DNA of 64,000 bases from Candidatus Latescibacterota bacterium (GTDB lineage Bacteria; Latescibacterota; UBA2968; GCA-2709665), in assembly GCA_965208835.1 (NCBI GenBank), contig OZ242358.1:96001-160000 (forward strand), in the 5' to 3' direction. A model generated the notes under the pieces. The model did not search any database. It was not told the DNA's origin and saw only the letters and a list, made by a program, of their open reading frames with translations. Numbering within the stretch: the stretch's first letter is position 1; the number at the start of each line of letters is the position of its first letter. Made by a program: the position numbers and the translations under genes. Positions 46,850 to 56,781 of the stretch are shown here, one piece after another.

Positions 46850-47707
46850 ATGCGACTGCTCACTTTTGAATACCAGGGTTCGCAACGCGTCGGCGTCCGG
46901 TCAGGAGATTCGGTTGTGGACGTGAGCCGCGTCGATCCGGACCTTCCACCGGATCTCGTGAGTCTGCTCGAAGCGGGGCCGGATGCCCTGGCCGCGGCGG
47001 GAGACGCGGCGGAGCGGGGCGAAGGCATCGACGCCGGCGACATCCGTGTTGTCGCGCCTGTCCAGAAGCCGGAGAAGATCCTCTGCATCGGCCTCAACTA
47101 CGCGGACCACGCGGCCGAGAGCAATATGCCCATTCCGTCGGAGCCGGTGGTGTTTTCCAAGTTCTCTTCCACCATTATCGGTCCCGGCGACGCAATCCGG
47201 CTGCCTTCGGTGACGCGGTCTATCGACTATGAAGTGGAATTGGTGGTTGTCATCGGAACGGCGGGAAAAGATATATCGGAATCCGACGCGATGGACCACG
47301 TTGCGGGCTATACCGTTGGCCACGACGTGAGCGCGCGCGACTTCCAGCTCGAAAAACCCGGCGGTCAGTGGCTGTTGGGCAAGACCTTTGAGACATTCGC
47401 GCCACTGGGGCCGGATGTCGTCACGCCCGACGAGGCCGGCGACCCACACAACCTGGGCATACGATGCATCCTGAACGGCGAGACCGTACAGGACTCGAAT
47501 ACGGCGCAGTTGATTTTCAGGGTCGACCAGCTGATCGCCTACCTGTCCCGGGTCATCACTCTGCAGCCTGGCGACCTGATCTTCACGGGAACGCCGCCGG
47601 GAGTCGGAATGGCCCGGGATCCGCAGCTCTGGCTCAAGGCGGGCGACACTGTCGTCTGTGAAGTCGACGGTATCGGCAGGCTAGAGAATCCGGTTGTGTC
47701 AGGCTGA
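46850..47707 (+). CDS. Fumarylacetoacetate hydrolase family protein
   Basis: CIGLNY, DYEVEL, DVSARD, GKTF, TGTPPGVG. Confidence 0.93.
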   Translation: MRLLTFEYQGSQRVGVRSGDSVVDVSRVDPDLPPDLVSLLEAGPDALAAAGDAAERGEGIDAGDIRVVAPVQKPEKILCIGLNYADHAAESNMPIPSEPVVFSKFSSTIIGPGDAIRLPSVTRSIDYEVELVVVIGTAGKDISESDAMDHVAGYTVGHDVSARDFQLEKPGGQWLLGKTFETFAPLGPDVVTPDEAGDPHNLGIRCILNGETVQDSNTAQLIFRVDQLIAYLSRVITLQPGDLIFTGTPPGVGMARDPQLWLKAGDTVVCEVDGIGRLENPVVSG

Positions 47708-48555
47708 CCGGCCGGACGTCGAAAATCCGGCTTGATACCGGCAGGTCCGAAAAGCCTCTCCAATCTCCCGTCAGATTTCGTCGTTCCCGCTGTTCCCGGA
47801 CGCCACCGATTTTGCTCTTGAAGGCGTGATTGTATTTTATAAAGTTCTTAATAAACAAGATTTTATATCTCGTTTCTACACACACAAGTGTGTGTAATCC
47901 TCTCTAAAAAAGCGGCAATCAACTGCCAGCGGAACCTCTCCCCCCGACCCCCTCTCCTAAAGGAAAGGGGGAGCGAAACCAGGAATACCTGCCTTACACG
48001 GAGACACAAAGAAAAACCAGACAGGTTCATCAAGAACCGGTACAAACGTTAACCCAGACAGAGATCCTTACCTTTAAAGATTCACGACCGCCCGGAGGTG
48101 GAGTTGGGGGTTTTTCCGTGCGGTTCCGATCAGCATTGTTGTACGGGAACGACTTAGGGACTTGTAGGCCACCCGATTCCAATTTGCGCCTCTGAGGGGA
48201 TTCACGGAAAAACCGGCCCCGCGCCGAGTCGCGTGAATGGAAAAAGGGTGTAAGAAAATAAAAAACAATAAGTAATTGGCGAAATTCGCGACAAACAGCC
48301 ATCTTTCTTCTTTCTAAATCATGTCTCCGGCGGATTCTTTTTCGTCCATTTTCGCACATTAGAAAAGGGACGAAGAAAAAAGCAAGTCGGTGTGAAGTAA
48401 AGAGCCTCTAACCACCCGGAAGGTAGTCCCGGGGAGCCGTTGTCCGCCGAAAGGAGACCTGTCAAGAGGCTTTGGTCCAGCCGCGACGGGACGACCTCTA
48501 GATAGTCTCTCGCCGCATGATGTATTGCAGATGCCGCATAACGGAGGATGCCAGG

Positions 48556-50397
48556 ATGAATCTCGGAAACATGATCGAAAAAGCGCGCAGGGGGAGGTTC
48601 AGCCAGCAGGCGCTGGGTGAAAAAATCGGCGTCTGGGGCACCTATATCGGACAGATAGAAAGCGGTAAGCGCATTCCCTCGGAAGAGCGGTGCATGGACC
48701 TGGCGGCCATCCTCGACCTGGACCCCAGGGCTCTATTGATTCAGGCTTACCGCCAGCGCGCCAATACGAAAGAGGCCAGGCGCCTTTTCGACGACATGGC
48801 TGGATCGATTGCAGATCCTACCGGCCTCGAGCAGGGCGGCGACTCCGAGGGCGGCCGCCATCCGACCGGCGCCGGGCAGGACGACAATTCTCCGGCCCGG
48901 ATCGGTCGTGCGGGGGAGCCTCCCTTTACCCGCGGCGTCTATCCCTCCATGTATCGCGGCCGCCTCTGGACCATCCGCCAGTACGCGGGATTTTCCACCC
49001 CGGCGGAGACCAACGCCCGGTTTCGCGCTCTGATCGACCGGGGTCAGACCGGCCTGAGCGTGGCGTTTGATCTGCCCACGCAGATGGGTTATGACTCGGA
49101 CCATCCGAATGCCGAGGGTGAAGTGGGCAGGGTGGGCGTGGCGGTGGACGGCCTGTGGGACCTGGAAACCCTGTTCGACAAGATCCCGCTCGGCCGTATC
49201 AGCACCTCCATGACGATCAATGCGACGGCGTGCATCCTGTTCGCCCTTTATGCGGCCCTCGGAATGCGGCGCGGAGTGCCGGCTTCGGTGCTTGCCGGCA
49301 CGGTCCAGAACGACATTCTCAAGGAATATGTTTCACGTGGAACATATATCTTCCCGATCCGCGACTCGATGCGCCTCGTCGTGGACCTGATGGCCTATTG
49401 TCTCCGGGCGGCGCCCAAATGGAATCCCATCAGCGTAAGCGGGTACCACATGAGAGAAGCGGGCGCAACCGCCGGACAGGAGCTTGGCTTCACGCTCGCC
49501 CACGCTCTGGCGTACGCCGATGCCGCCCGCGGGGCAGGCCTCGAAATGGAACGGGTTCTGCCGAAATTTTCCTTCTTCTTTGGGGTCCACAACGATTTTC
49601 TGGAGGAAATCGCAAAGTTCCGGGCGGCGAGGCGCCTCTGGAGCCGGCTCGTCGAGGAACGCCTGGGCGTAGAGGACCCCCGTTGCCGGCGCCTGAGATT
49701 TCACGCCCAGACCGCGGGCTCGACGCTCACTGCTCAACAGCCGTTGAACAACTGCGCGCGGACCACCCTGCAGGCGCTTGCGGCCGTCCTGGGCGGCGCG
49801 CAGTCGCTGCATGTCAACGCCTACGATGAAGCGCTCGGTCTGCCGTCGGATACGGGTGCGCAGCTGGCCGTGCGCACCCAGCAGATCCTGGCAAACGAAA
49901 GCGGTATCCCCGACACCGTGGATCCGATGGGTGGATCATATGCAGTGGAAGAGATGACCGATAACCTGGAAGAAGAAGCCGTTGCCGTTCTCGAGTCGGT
50001 CGACAGGGAGGGTGGGGCGACGCAGGCTGCCGCAAACGGCTTCACTGCGGCCTCCATCGCGGAATCGGCGTACGATGCGCAGAAGAAGATCGAATCGGGC
50101 GAGACCGTTGTGGTGGGTGTAAACAGGTATCAGGACACCCCGGAACCGCCGGTTTCGGTGTTCCAGCCCCCGGGGGAGACAGAGTACACACAGAAAGGCG
50201 GGCTGGAGAGGGCACGAGGCATGCGGAATTCCGACGCCGCGAACGCCGCAATGGACGTCGTCGAGCGGCGGGCGAGGGGCGAGGGGTCGATCACGGAAGC
50301 GGTCGTGGCGGCTTGTTCGGCCGGCGCTACCGTGGGCGAGATATCGGACAGGCTGCGTGCTGTTTTTGGATCCTACCGACCGGGAGGGCAATCGTGA
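48556..50397 (+). CDS. XRE-HTH fused to methylmalonyl-CoA mutase substrate-binding (alpha) domain
   Basis: SQQALGEKIG...YIGQIESGKR HTH, then PFTRG, RQYAGF, AFDLPTQMG, QNDILKE; no DxHxxG B12-binding domain. Confidence 0.85.
   Translation: MNLGNMIEKARRGRFSQQALGEKIGVWGTYIGQIESGKRIPSEERCMDLAAILDLDPRALLIQAYRQRANTKEARRLFDDMAGSIADPTGLEQGGDSEGGRHPTGAGQDDNSPARIGRAGEPPFTRGVYPSMYRGRLWTIRQYAGFSTPAETNARFRALIDRGQTGLSVAFDLPTQMGYDSDHPNAEGEVGRVGVAVDGLWDLETLFDKIPLGRISTSMTINATACILFALYAALGMRRGVPASVLAGTVQNDILKEYVSRGTYIFPIRDSMRLVVDLMAYCLRAAPKWNPISVSGYHMREAGATAGQELGFTLAHALAYADAARGAGLEMERVLPKFSFFFGVHNDFLEEIAKFRAARRLWSRLVEERLGVEDPRCRRLRFHAQTAGSTLTAQQPLNNCARTTLQALAAVLGGAQSLHVNAYDEALGLPSDTGAQLAVRTQQILANESGIPDTVDPMGGSYAVEEMTDNLEEEAVAVLESVDREGGATQAAANGFTAASIAESAYDAQKKIESGETVVVGVNRYQDTPEPPVSVFQPPGETEYTQKGGLERARGMRNSDAANAAMDVVERRARGEGSITEAVVAACSAGATVGEISDRLRAVFGSYRPGGQS
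49329..49344. promoter_or_regulatory. parS site inside the mutase CDS
   Basis: TGTTTCACGTGGAACA. Confidence 0.75.
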
Positions 50398-50400
50398 ACG
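50307..50400 (+). repeat. Left copy of ~94 bp direct repeat (3' end of mutase gene)
   Basis: Matches 55365-55457. Confidence 0.88.
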
Positions 50401-50426
50401 CCCGAGAACGCCGCAGAGCCGGAATC

Positions 50427-53369
50427 ATGCACTATCAACGACGCCTCAGGGGCATTGCAGCCTTCGTCATGCCGGTAGTGCTTGCCGTCTGGGCCCCGGC
50501 GCCGGCCCAGAGCCAGACCGGTGTAATCACGGGTCAGGTCCTGGACGCCTCATCCGGACGTCCCCTTTCCGATGCCCATGTCACTGTTATGGGGACCGGA
50601 ATCGTCAAACTCACCAATGTAGCAGGCCGCTTCACGCTTTTCAATGTCCCCGTCGGCGAGCATGTCGTGCGCGCGACCTTTATCGGTTACGGTGAAGCCG
50701 AACAGATCGTGACCGTCGGCGCCGGGGAGACACACGACATCGACTTCGAGATGTTCTTAACGGCGATCGCGCTCGACGTGATCGTCGTGACCGGCGTGGG
50801 GGCCGAAACTGCCCGGCGCGCCCTCGGTACGTCGGTCGAAGTTCTCACCACCGAAGAAATCGCGCAGGCGCCGGTCCAGTCCGTGGACCAGTTGCTTATG
50901 GGCCGCGTCGCGGGCGCGACCGTAAACGCCACCTCCGCGCAACCGGGAACGGGCTCGCTGATCAACTTCCGGGGCATTTCCTCGGTGTTCGGCGCCCAGA
51001 CCCCAGTCATATACGTGGACGGGGTGCGCGTCGACAATGAACAGGCCACCGCCGCAGGCACTGGAGGCGAGCAGTCCTCCGCGCTCGCCGACCTGCTCAC
51101 CAGCGATATAGACCGTATTGAGATCACCAGGGGTGGTGCCGCCTCCACTCTGTACGGTTCCGATGCCGCAACCGGGGTGATCCAGATCTTCACCAGGAAA
51201 GGCACTCCCGGGGCGCCGCGCATTACGGTCCGCGTAGAACAGGGCATCGAGGTGCCGGAACTCAAGTACATCTTCGACGCCGGTGCGATCTTCCCGGACC
51301 GGGTCGAGTCCGGCGAGGTCACGGCCACCTTCCTGGAAGATCAGTACTTCAAGAGCGGTCAGGCCCGGAGCTACTACCTGGGCGTCAGCGGAGGCACAGC
51401 GGACGTGACGTTCAATGTCAGCGGCCGCCTCGAGGACCGCACCGGAACCCAGCCCAAGGATGCCAGCACCAACTACAACCTGCGGGGCGGCTTGCAAGCG
51501 TCCCTCAGCGAGGATTTCACCCTGGAGTTTTCAGGCAGTTACGTCCACCACAACTTCCAACGGCTCTATAACGGTTCCTCCATCACGAATCCCATTACGA
51601 CCTTCGAGGTCGGCGACGCCCTCTTCTTCTCGGGAGCCGCCACCCTCCTGGAAGCGTACAACGTCTTCCTGATGCCGGATATCGACGAATGGGTCAACCG
51701 GTTCATCTTCTCCGCCGGCGCCCGCTGGAACATCCGCGACGACCTGACCGCCAGGCTGACGGTGGGTAGCGACTACCGGAGCAACCAGCAGCGGATCTTC
51801 CAGCCGATCGGATTTACGCCGGGCGAACCCACCGGACAACTCAATCGGCGGGACCGCTCCTTCACCTCAGTGTCGCTCGACGCGGGCGCGACCTACGCGT
51901 GGGAGAACTCGGGCGGGAGCATCGGGTCCTCGCTCACCGTCGGCGTGCAAGGCTTCCGCGAGGACGTGAGCATCATCAACGGCAACGGGCTGGGGTTCGC
52001 CCTGCCAGGTTCCTTCGACTTCGACGCGGCGGCGGAGATCACCGCCTTCGAGGGCAACGTCGAGGTGTTTAACGGCGGGTTGTATGTCGACGAACAGCTC
52101 AGCTTCTGGAACAAGCTCTACCTCGGAGGTGGGTTCCGCATCGACGCCGGCTCCAGCTTCGGAGATAATATCGACACGGAACTCTATCCAAAGGCGACCG
52201 GGTCGTACATCTTTTCCGACGACGTCAGCCTGCCTTTCGTGGACGAACTCAAGCTCAGAGCCGCCTACGGGCAAACCGGCCGGTTCCCGGGCGCCTTCCT
52301 GAAGGACCGGACCTTCTCGGCCATCTCATTCCGCGGGGAGTCGGCCCCGAGGTTTGCCAATCCGGGCAACGCGGAACTTCGCCCGGAAAAGACGTCCACG
52401 ATCGAGGCTGGTATCGACGCCGCTCTCTGGTACAACCGGATCGGGATCGACCTGACCGTATACGACGCCCGCACCACCGACGCGCTCTTCCAGGTGCCGC
52501 GCCAGCCGGTCACCGGGCAGGGCACCCAGCAGGAGAACGTGGGCCAGATCCTGAACCGCGGGATCGAATTGGGCGCCAACGTCGAGATTCTGAACACCAG
52601 GAAGGTGGCCTGGAGCCTGGGTGGAGCATTCCACTACACTCACAATGAAGTCACCGACATGGGCGGCGTGGCGGACTTCGGCGCGGACGGTTCCCAGAAG
52701 CGTGTGACCGGCTGCTGGAGGATGGTCGACGGGGAGTGCCGCGGAGGCCCTGTAGGCGCCTGGTGGGTGACTACGCCCGTGGACACCAACGATGACGGCT
52801 TGCCAGACGGCTCCGAGCGCCAGTTCACCGGCGGATTCCCGGTTCCGGACAAGAGCGGAAGCTTCAACACCACGATCGCGATCGGAAACATCCTGTCGAT
52901 CAGCGCTCTGGCCGACTGGGCCGGCGGTCATCAGGTGTTCGACTGGGGTTCGGTCTGGGCTACTTTCAACGGCATATACCGTCGTGAGCTCGTTCGCTGC
53001 GGGATGGAAGAAGGCGCCGCCGAGGGCTGCGAGTACGCCTTCCCGATACGGTATGACGAGAACGGCTCCGCGCAGGGCAAGTACAGCCAGAACGCCGCGC
53101 GGAGCGCGTTCCTCTACGACGGCGACTTTTTCAAGCTGAGGGAGGTCGCGGTGCGGTACTTGCTGCCGGAGGGCGTTTCCGGCAGCATCAACGCCAGCCG
53201 GGCTTCGCTGTTCGCCAGTGGCCGCAACCTGTGGATCTGGTCCCGGAACGAGATCGTCGACGGCGAACTCAACGGGCTTTCCGGCGGCGGACTGCAGCTC
53301 GGTGGCGAAACGAGTACGACCCTTTCCCCGAACCGGCGGTTCAACCTCGGCCTGGAGGTGGTCTTCTGA
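50427..53369 (+). CDS. SusC/RagA-type TonB-dependent receptor (alternative start GTG 50394)
   Basis: Signal peptide, carboxypeptidase-regulatory-like domain, PVIYVDG, LYGSDAATGVIQI plug motifs, C-terminal Phe. Confidence 0.9.
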   Translation: MHYQRRLRGIAAFVMPVVLAVWAPAPAQSQTGVITGQVLDASSGRPLSDAHVTVMGTGIVKLTNVAGRFTLFNVPVGEHVVRATFIGYGEAEQIVTVGAGETHDIDFEMFLTAIALDVIVVTGVGAETARRALGTSVEVLTTEEIAQAPVQSVDQLLMGRVAGATVNATSAQPGTGSLINFRGISSVFGAQTPVIYVDGVRVDNEQATAAGTGGEQSSALADLLTSDIDRIEITRGGAASTLYGSDAATGVIQIFTRKGTPGAPRITVRVEQGIEVPELKYIFDAGAIFPDRVESGEVTATFLEDQYFKSGQARSYYLGVSGGTADVTFNVSGRLEDRTGTQPKDASTNYNLRGGLQASLSEDFTLEFSGSYVHHNFQRLYNGSSITNPITTFEVGDALFFSGAATLLEAYNVFLMPDIDEWVNRFIFSAGARWNIRDDLTARLTVGSDYRSNQQRIFQPIGFTPGEPTGQLNRRDRSFTSVSLDAGATYAWENSGGSIGSSLTVGVQGFREDVSIINGNGLGFALPGSFDFDAAAEITAFEGNVEVFNGGLYVDEQLSFWNKLYLGGGFRIDAGSSFGDNIDTELYPKATGSYIFSDDVSLPFVDELKLRAAYGQTGRFPGAFLKDRTFSAISFRGESAPRFANPGNAELRPEKTSTIEAGIDAALWYNRIGIDLTVYDARTTDALFQVPRQPVTGQGTQQENVGQILNRGIELGANVEILNTRKVAWSLGGAFHYTHNEVTDMGGVADFGADGSQKRVTGCWRMVDGECRGGPVGAWWVTTPVDTNDDGLPDGSERQFTGGFPVPDKSGSFNTTIAIGNILSISALADWAGGHQVFDWGSVWATFNGIYRRELVRCGMEEGAAEGCEYAFPIRYDENGSAQGKYSQNAARSAFLYDGDFFKLREVAVRYLLPEGVSGSINASRASLFASGRNLWIWSRNEIVDGELNGLSGGGLQLGGETSTTLSPNRRFNLGLEVVF

Positions 53370-53561
53370 CCTTGATTCGTAATTCTTCGGGGACGTTAAT
53401 TCGAATATATGCTTGTAAATAAAGGCGATTAGAAGGCGGATTACCAGGATACACCAGGTCACTGGACGTGAAGGGAAAGAACGTCCTTCTATACGTCGAT
53501 AACGCCCCGTTTCGGGGAGTCTTATCGCGTCGCAGGGTTGCTGTTTTTTTCAGATTGAGGC
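53369..53561 (-). repeat. Repeat family A, inverted copy
   Basis: Reverse complement of 45178-45369. Confidence 0.88.
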
Positions 53562-53593
53562 TAACGTCCGGCATGCAACGGAGAACAGACAAA

Positions 53594-55066
53594 ATGATGA
53601 ACAAGGACATTTCGACCCTGAGACGGGGACGGTCGGCCATGGCCGGGATGCTTCTCGGCGTGCTTGTCGCGGGTGGATGTGACGCCATCAATCCCACCAG
53701 GGTGAAGAATCCGACGACAACCTACGAGGACCTGGCGCAGGCCACGAACGCGACCCAGGCGCTCCTGCCCGGGCTGAGGGCGCAGTTCGCCCGGCTGATC
53801 AATGCCTACGTCGTCGCCGAAGTCGTGACCGACAACTTTTCGATCCACGGCACTGGGCTCATCCAGACCCTGGACGCCCCCGACGAGATCACCCCGGACA
53901 TCATGAACTCGACCGGGACCAGCGCCACCGGGGTGTACTGGAACGTGCAGGAGCTACGGGCGCTGGCCGATTTTGTAATCAATGAGATCGCGCCGAACGA
54001 TGCCGGGGCACCTCCGGAACTGGTGGCGGAAGCGCGCTACTACCGGGGCATGGCTTACCTGACCATGGGTGAGGTCTTCTCCTTCGTGCCGCTCGAGGAG
54101 GACGGCGCCCCCCAACCCTCTGACGTTGCGCTTGACCGGGCCGTGAGCGACCTGCAGGCGGCGCTGGGGTTCGGACCGCAGACCAACGCGGCGCTTGCGC
54201 GGGCCTATCGTTTGCAGGGTGACAGGGCAGGGGCGGCTGCAGCGGCCAACGCGGTGCTTTCCGCTGACTCGGAGTTTCTTTTCGCACCTCGCTACGACGG
54301 GAGTTCGATCACCAACGCGTCTGTGAACTTCCTGGTATTGAGGGCGTTGCAGGAGATGCAGCCGCTGCCCCGGCTGGATTTCCTGGACCCCAAGTACACG
54401 GATCGCGAGTCGGCAATACCCATTGCGAAAGCCGAGGAAATGCACCTGATCCTGGCCGAAGTCGCGCTGGCGTCGGGCGACCTCGCGGGGGCGAAGAGCC
54501 AGCTGGCCGGCGCCATACGCCTTGCCGGATCCCGCGGCACCGTTTCCTTCGACGATGTCGACGAGCGCCGCAACGCCGACCTGAGCCTGCGTCCGCGCGA
54601 CTCCGAAATCCTGGTGCGGGCCGATTCCGATAGTCCCTACCGGGCCGGCCTGGTGCTCGACCGGCCGGGCGTCGGGCTCACGATCCCCAACATTTCCGGG
54701 ACATCTCTCGACGCCGACAGTGTCACGGCGTTGTCGGACGCATCCGATCTGTGGCACGCGCTGTGGCTCGCGCGGCAGGAGATCCTCTTCCTGGAAGGCA
54801 GGAGACTCGCCGACCTGGGGATCAGGCTGCCGATGATGCTGCGGGAGATCGACCAGAACCCAAACATCAGCGAAGGCGGACCAGGCACCGTGCCGGTCGT
54901 CCCCGGATTCGTCCCGCTGGCGCCGCGCTACGCGATGGATATCTACGCGCCGGTCGAGCTGTACGATGGCGACGGCCCCGAAGCGCGCCTGCTCCAGACG
55001 AAGGTGACGATCGGGGTAGACATGAACCGGTTGCTCGTACAAAACAACGCTTCACCCTTCAACTAG
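53594..55066 (+). CDS. SusD/RagB-like lipoprotein
   Basis: Lipobox AGGC; AEARYYRG, LILAE, EILFLEGRRLADL; downstream of the SusC-type gene. Confidence 0.82.
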   Translation: MMNKDISTLRRGRSAMAGMLLGVLVAGGCDAINPTRVKNPTTTYEDLAQATNATQALLPGLRAQFARLINAYVVAEVVTDNFSIHGTGLIQTLDAPDEITPDIMNSTGTSATGVYWNVQELRALADFVINEIAPNDAGAPPELVAEARYYRGMAYLTMGEVFSFVPLEEDGAPQPSDVALDRAVSDLQAALGFGPQTNAALARAYRLQGDRAGAAAAANAVLSADSEFLFAPRYDGSSITNASVNFLVLRALQEMQPLPRLDFLDPKYTDRESAIPIAKAEEMHLILAEVALASGDLAGAKSQLAGAIRLAGSRGTVSFDDVDERRNADLSLRPRDSEILVRADSDSPYRAGLVLDRPGVGLTIPNISGTSLDADSVTALSDASDLWHALWLARQEILFLEGRRLADLGIRLPMMLREIDQNPNISEGGPGTVPVVPGFVPLAPRYAMDIYAPVELYDGDGPEARLLQTKVTIGVDMNRLLVQNNASPFN

Positions 55067-55250
55067 CGTTCTGTCCCGTAAATAAGTTGCCTAATTTCGA
55101 CCGTCGAGTCGCCCGGCTCGCATCCTTCGACAGGCTCAGGAACCAGCGCCTGAACGAGGCGACATGCGTATGGTCGGCGAGCGAAGGGAACGTAGCGAGA
55201 CGGGATGAAGCGCCGGTCGAATGGTGAGGATTTTTGGGACAGGACACCAG
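55064..55250. repeat. MITE-like element family E
   Basis: Termini tagcgttctgtcccgtaaat / atttttgggacaggacacca; internal cttcgacaggctcagg REP. Confidence 0.6.
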
Positions 55251-55364
55251 CAACTGAGCGGGAGACGATTCGGGAACGTGGTTTACCGGACTCGCCGGGA
55301 AAGTCGGTCTCAGGGATGCCGTCCGCGCCTCGTTTACCGTGCTTCGGTTCGCTGGTATTCGCGC

Positions 55365-55457
55365 GGCGGCATGTTCGGCCGGCGCCACCGTGGGCGAGAT
55401 ATCGGACAGGCTGCGCGCTTTTTGGGATCCCGCAGACCGGGAGGGCAATCGTGGACG
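55365..55457 (+). repeat. Right, degenerate copy of the mutase 3'-end repeat
   Basis: Matches 50307-50400 with a 1-nt deletion and several substitutions. Confidence 0.88.
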
Positions 55458-55849
55458 GACAAGTGGACCACGTGGGCATCGCCGTGGAGGAGATTGACCG
55501 GACCCTGGCCGTGTATTCGATGCTCGGTTTCGAGAGAATGGACGAAGAGACCGTAGATTCAGAAGGTGTCCGCGTCGTATTTCTGGGCGGCGCCGGCCTG
55601 ACACGGCTCGAACTTCTCGAACCGCTGCACGAAGGGAGTTCCCTTGCGCGATTCCTTTCCGGGCGGGGGCAGGGCCTGCACCACATCGCGGTCCGGGTGA
55701 ATGATATCGAAGCGGCCGTCGCAACCTGCGAACAAGAAGGGCTTAGGATCTCCGGATCAATCCGGACGGGCGCACTCGGCAGAAAAGTGGCCTTCGTCCA
55801 TCCCAAGAGCGCATCGGGCGTCCTGATCGAGCTCGTTCAAGCCGATTGA
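55451..55849 (+). CDS. mce: Methylmalonyl-CoA epimerase
   Basis: DHVGIAV, LELLEP, GLHHIA, FVHPKSASGVLIELVQ; GGGAGG RBS before GTG. Confidence 0.92.
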   Translation: MDGQVDHVGIAVEEIDRTLAVYSMLGFERMDEETVDSEGVRVVFLGGAGLTRLELLEPLHEGSSLARFLSGRGQGLHHIAVRVNDIEAAVATCEQEGLRISGSIRTGALGRKVAFVHPKSASGVLIELVQAD

Positions 55850-56494
55850 TCACTCCCGACGCGCCGAGATCCTGACAACCACCGTGTTCCTGTGGCGGGA
55901 ATCGGGCGCCATGGACTCTACGGAAACGTCGGGGCCATCGCGGCCGAATTCCTCTACTTCCCGGAGCGCGCCGGGTCCCTTCAACGCAAGCAATTCGCCA
56001 TCCTTCTTGAGGAATCCTGACGAAAGGCGCCACAGGACCCGCAGCGAGCCGACGGCGCGCGCGGTTACAATATCGTACCTCCCGCGATGTCGGGCACGCT
56101 CGCAGGCGGCCTCGGCCCGCTCCGTCAATACGGACAGCCCGTCGAGACTGAGTTCCCCCGCCAGATGGTTCAGGAATAGACCCTTCATGCGCACCGACTC
56201 CAGCAGCACCACCTTCACGTCCGGTCGGGCGATCTTGACCGGTACACCCGGAAAACCCGCTCCCGATCCCAGGTCGAGCAGCGAAATCTTCCCGTGAGGC
56301 AGAAAGGGTATCAGCCGCAGACTGTCGATGAAGTGACGCTCTCTGATCCTGTCTCTGTCCCCCCGGGAAACCAGTCGCACCCGTCCGGACCAGGTCCTCA
56401 ACAGCGCCTCATATCGATCAAAAACCGCGGCCTGCTCGTCCGACAACGGGACTGACAGTGCCTCCGCAGCTGCCAGGAATTCCTGATCGTTCAC
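55850..56494 (-). CDS. rsmG: 16S rRNA m7G527 methyltransferase
   Basis: HFIDSL, DLGSGAGFPG, TARAV, LKG. Confidence 0.93.
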   Translation of the reverse strand: MNDQEFLAAAEALSVPLSDEQAAVFDRYEALLRTWSGRVRLVSRGDRDRIRERHFIDSLRLIPFLPHGKISLLDLGSGAGFPGVPVKIARPDVKVVLLESVRMKGLFLNHLAGELSLDGLSVLTERAEAACERARHRGRYDIVTARAVGSLRVLWRLSSGFLKKDGELLALKGPGALREVEEFGRDGPDVSVESMAPDSRHRNTVVVRISARRE

Positions 56495-56532
56495 CGCACC
56501 TCCACGCGCATCCGCAAAAGCCGCCAAACCGA

Positions 56533-56548
56533 TGTTTCACGTGGAACA
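56533..56548. promoter_or_regulatory. parS site
   Basis: TGTTTCACGTGGAACA, intergenic, near the origin. Confidence 0.88.
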
Positions 56549-56554
56549 TCTAAA

Positions 56555-56776
56555 GGCGGGCAGACGTGAGCCGGTAGACGGGAGAAAACCACACCCCGCC
56601 GCACCACCTGGTGAGACGCAAGACGTGAGACGGTAGAGATTTCCTGCCCTGGGAGGTTTCCTCTCGTGCCGGAGGCAACGAGGAATAACATACCCGGCAA
56701 TGATCTCATCTACCGTCTACCCTCTCACCTCTACCCGCCTTTCATCTACCGTCTACCCTCTTCCCTCTCCCCGCTT
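56555..56776 (-). repeat. Repeat family B, inverted copy
   Basis: Reverse complement contains ttgccgggtatg..ttcctc..tgcc.ccggcacga core and AGACGGT-type heptamers. Confidence 0.72.
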
Positions 56777-56781
56777 TTCCG

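Noticed and set aside
48360-48480. Cobalamin riboswitch upstream of the mutase
   Set aside because: Only ggagacctgtc resembles the B12 box; other conserved elements were not found.
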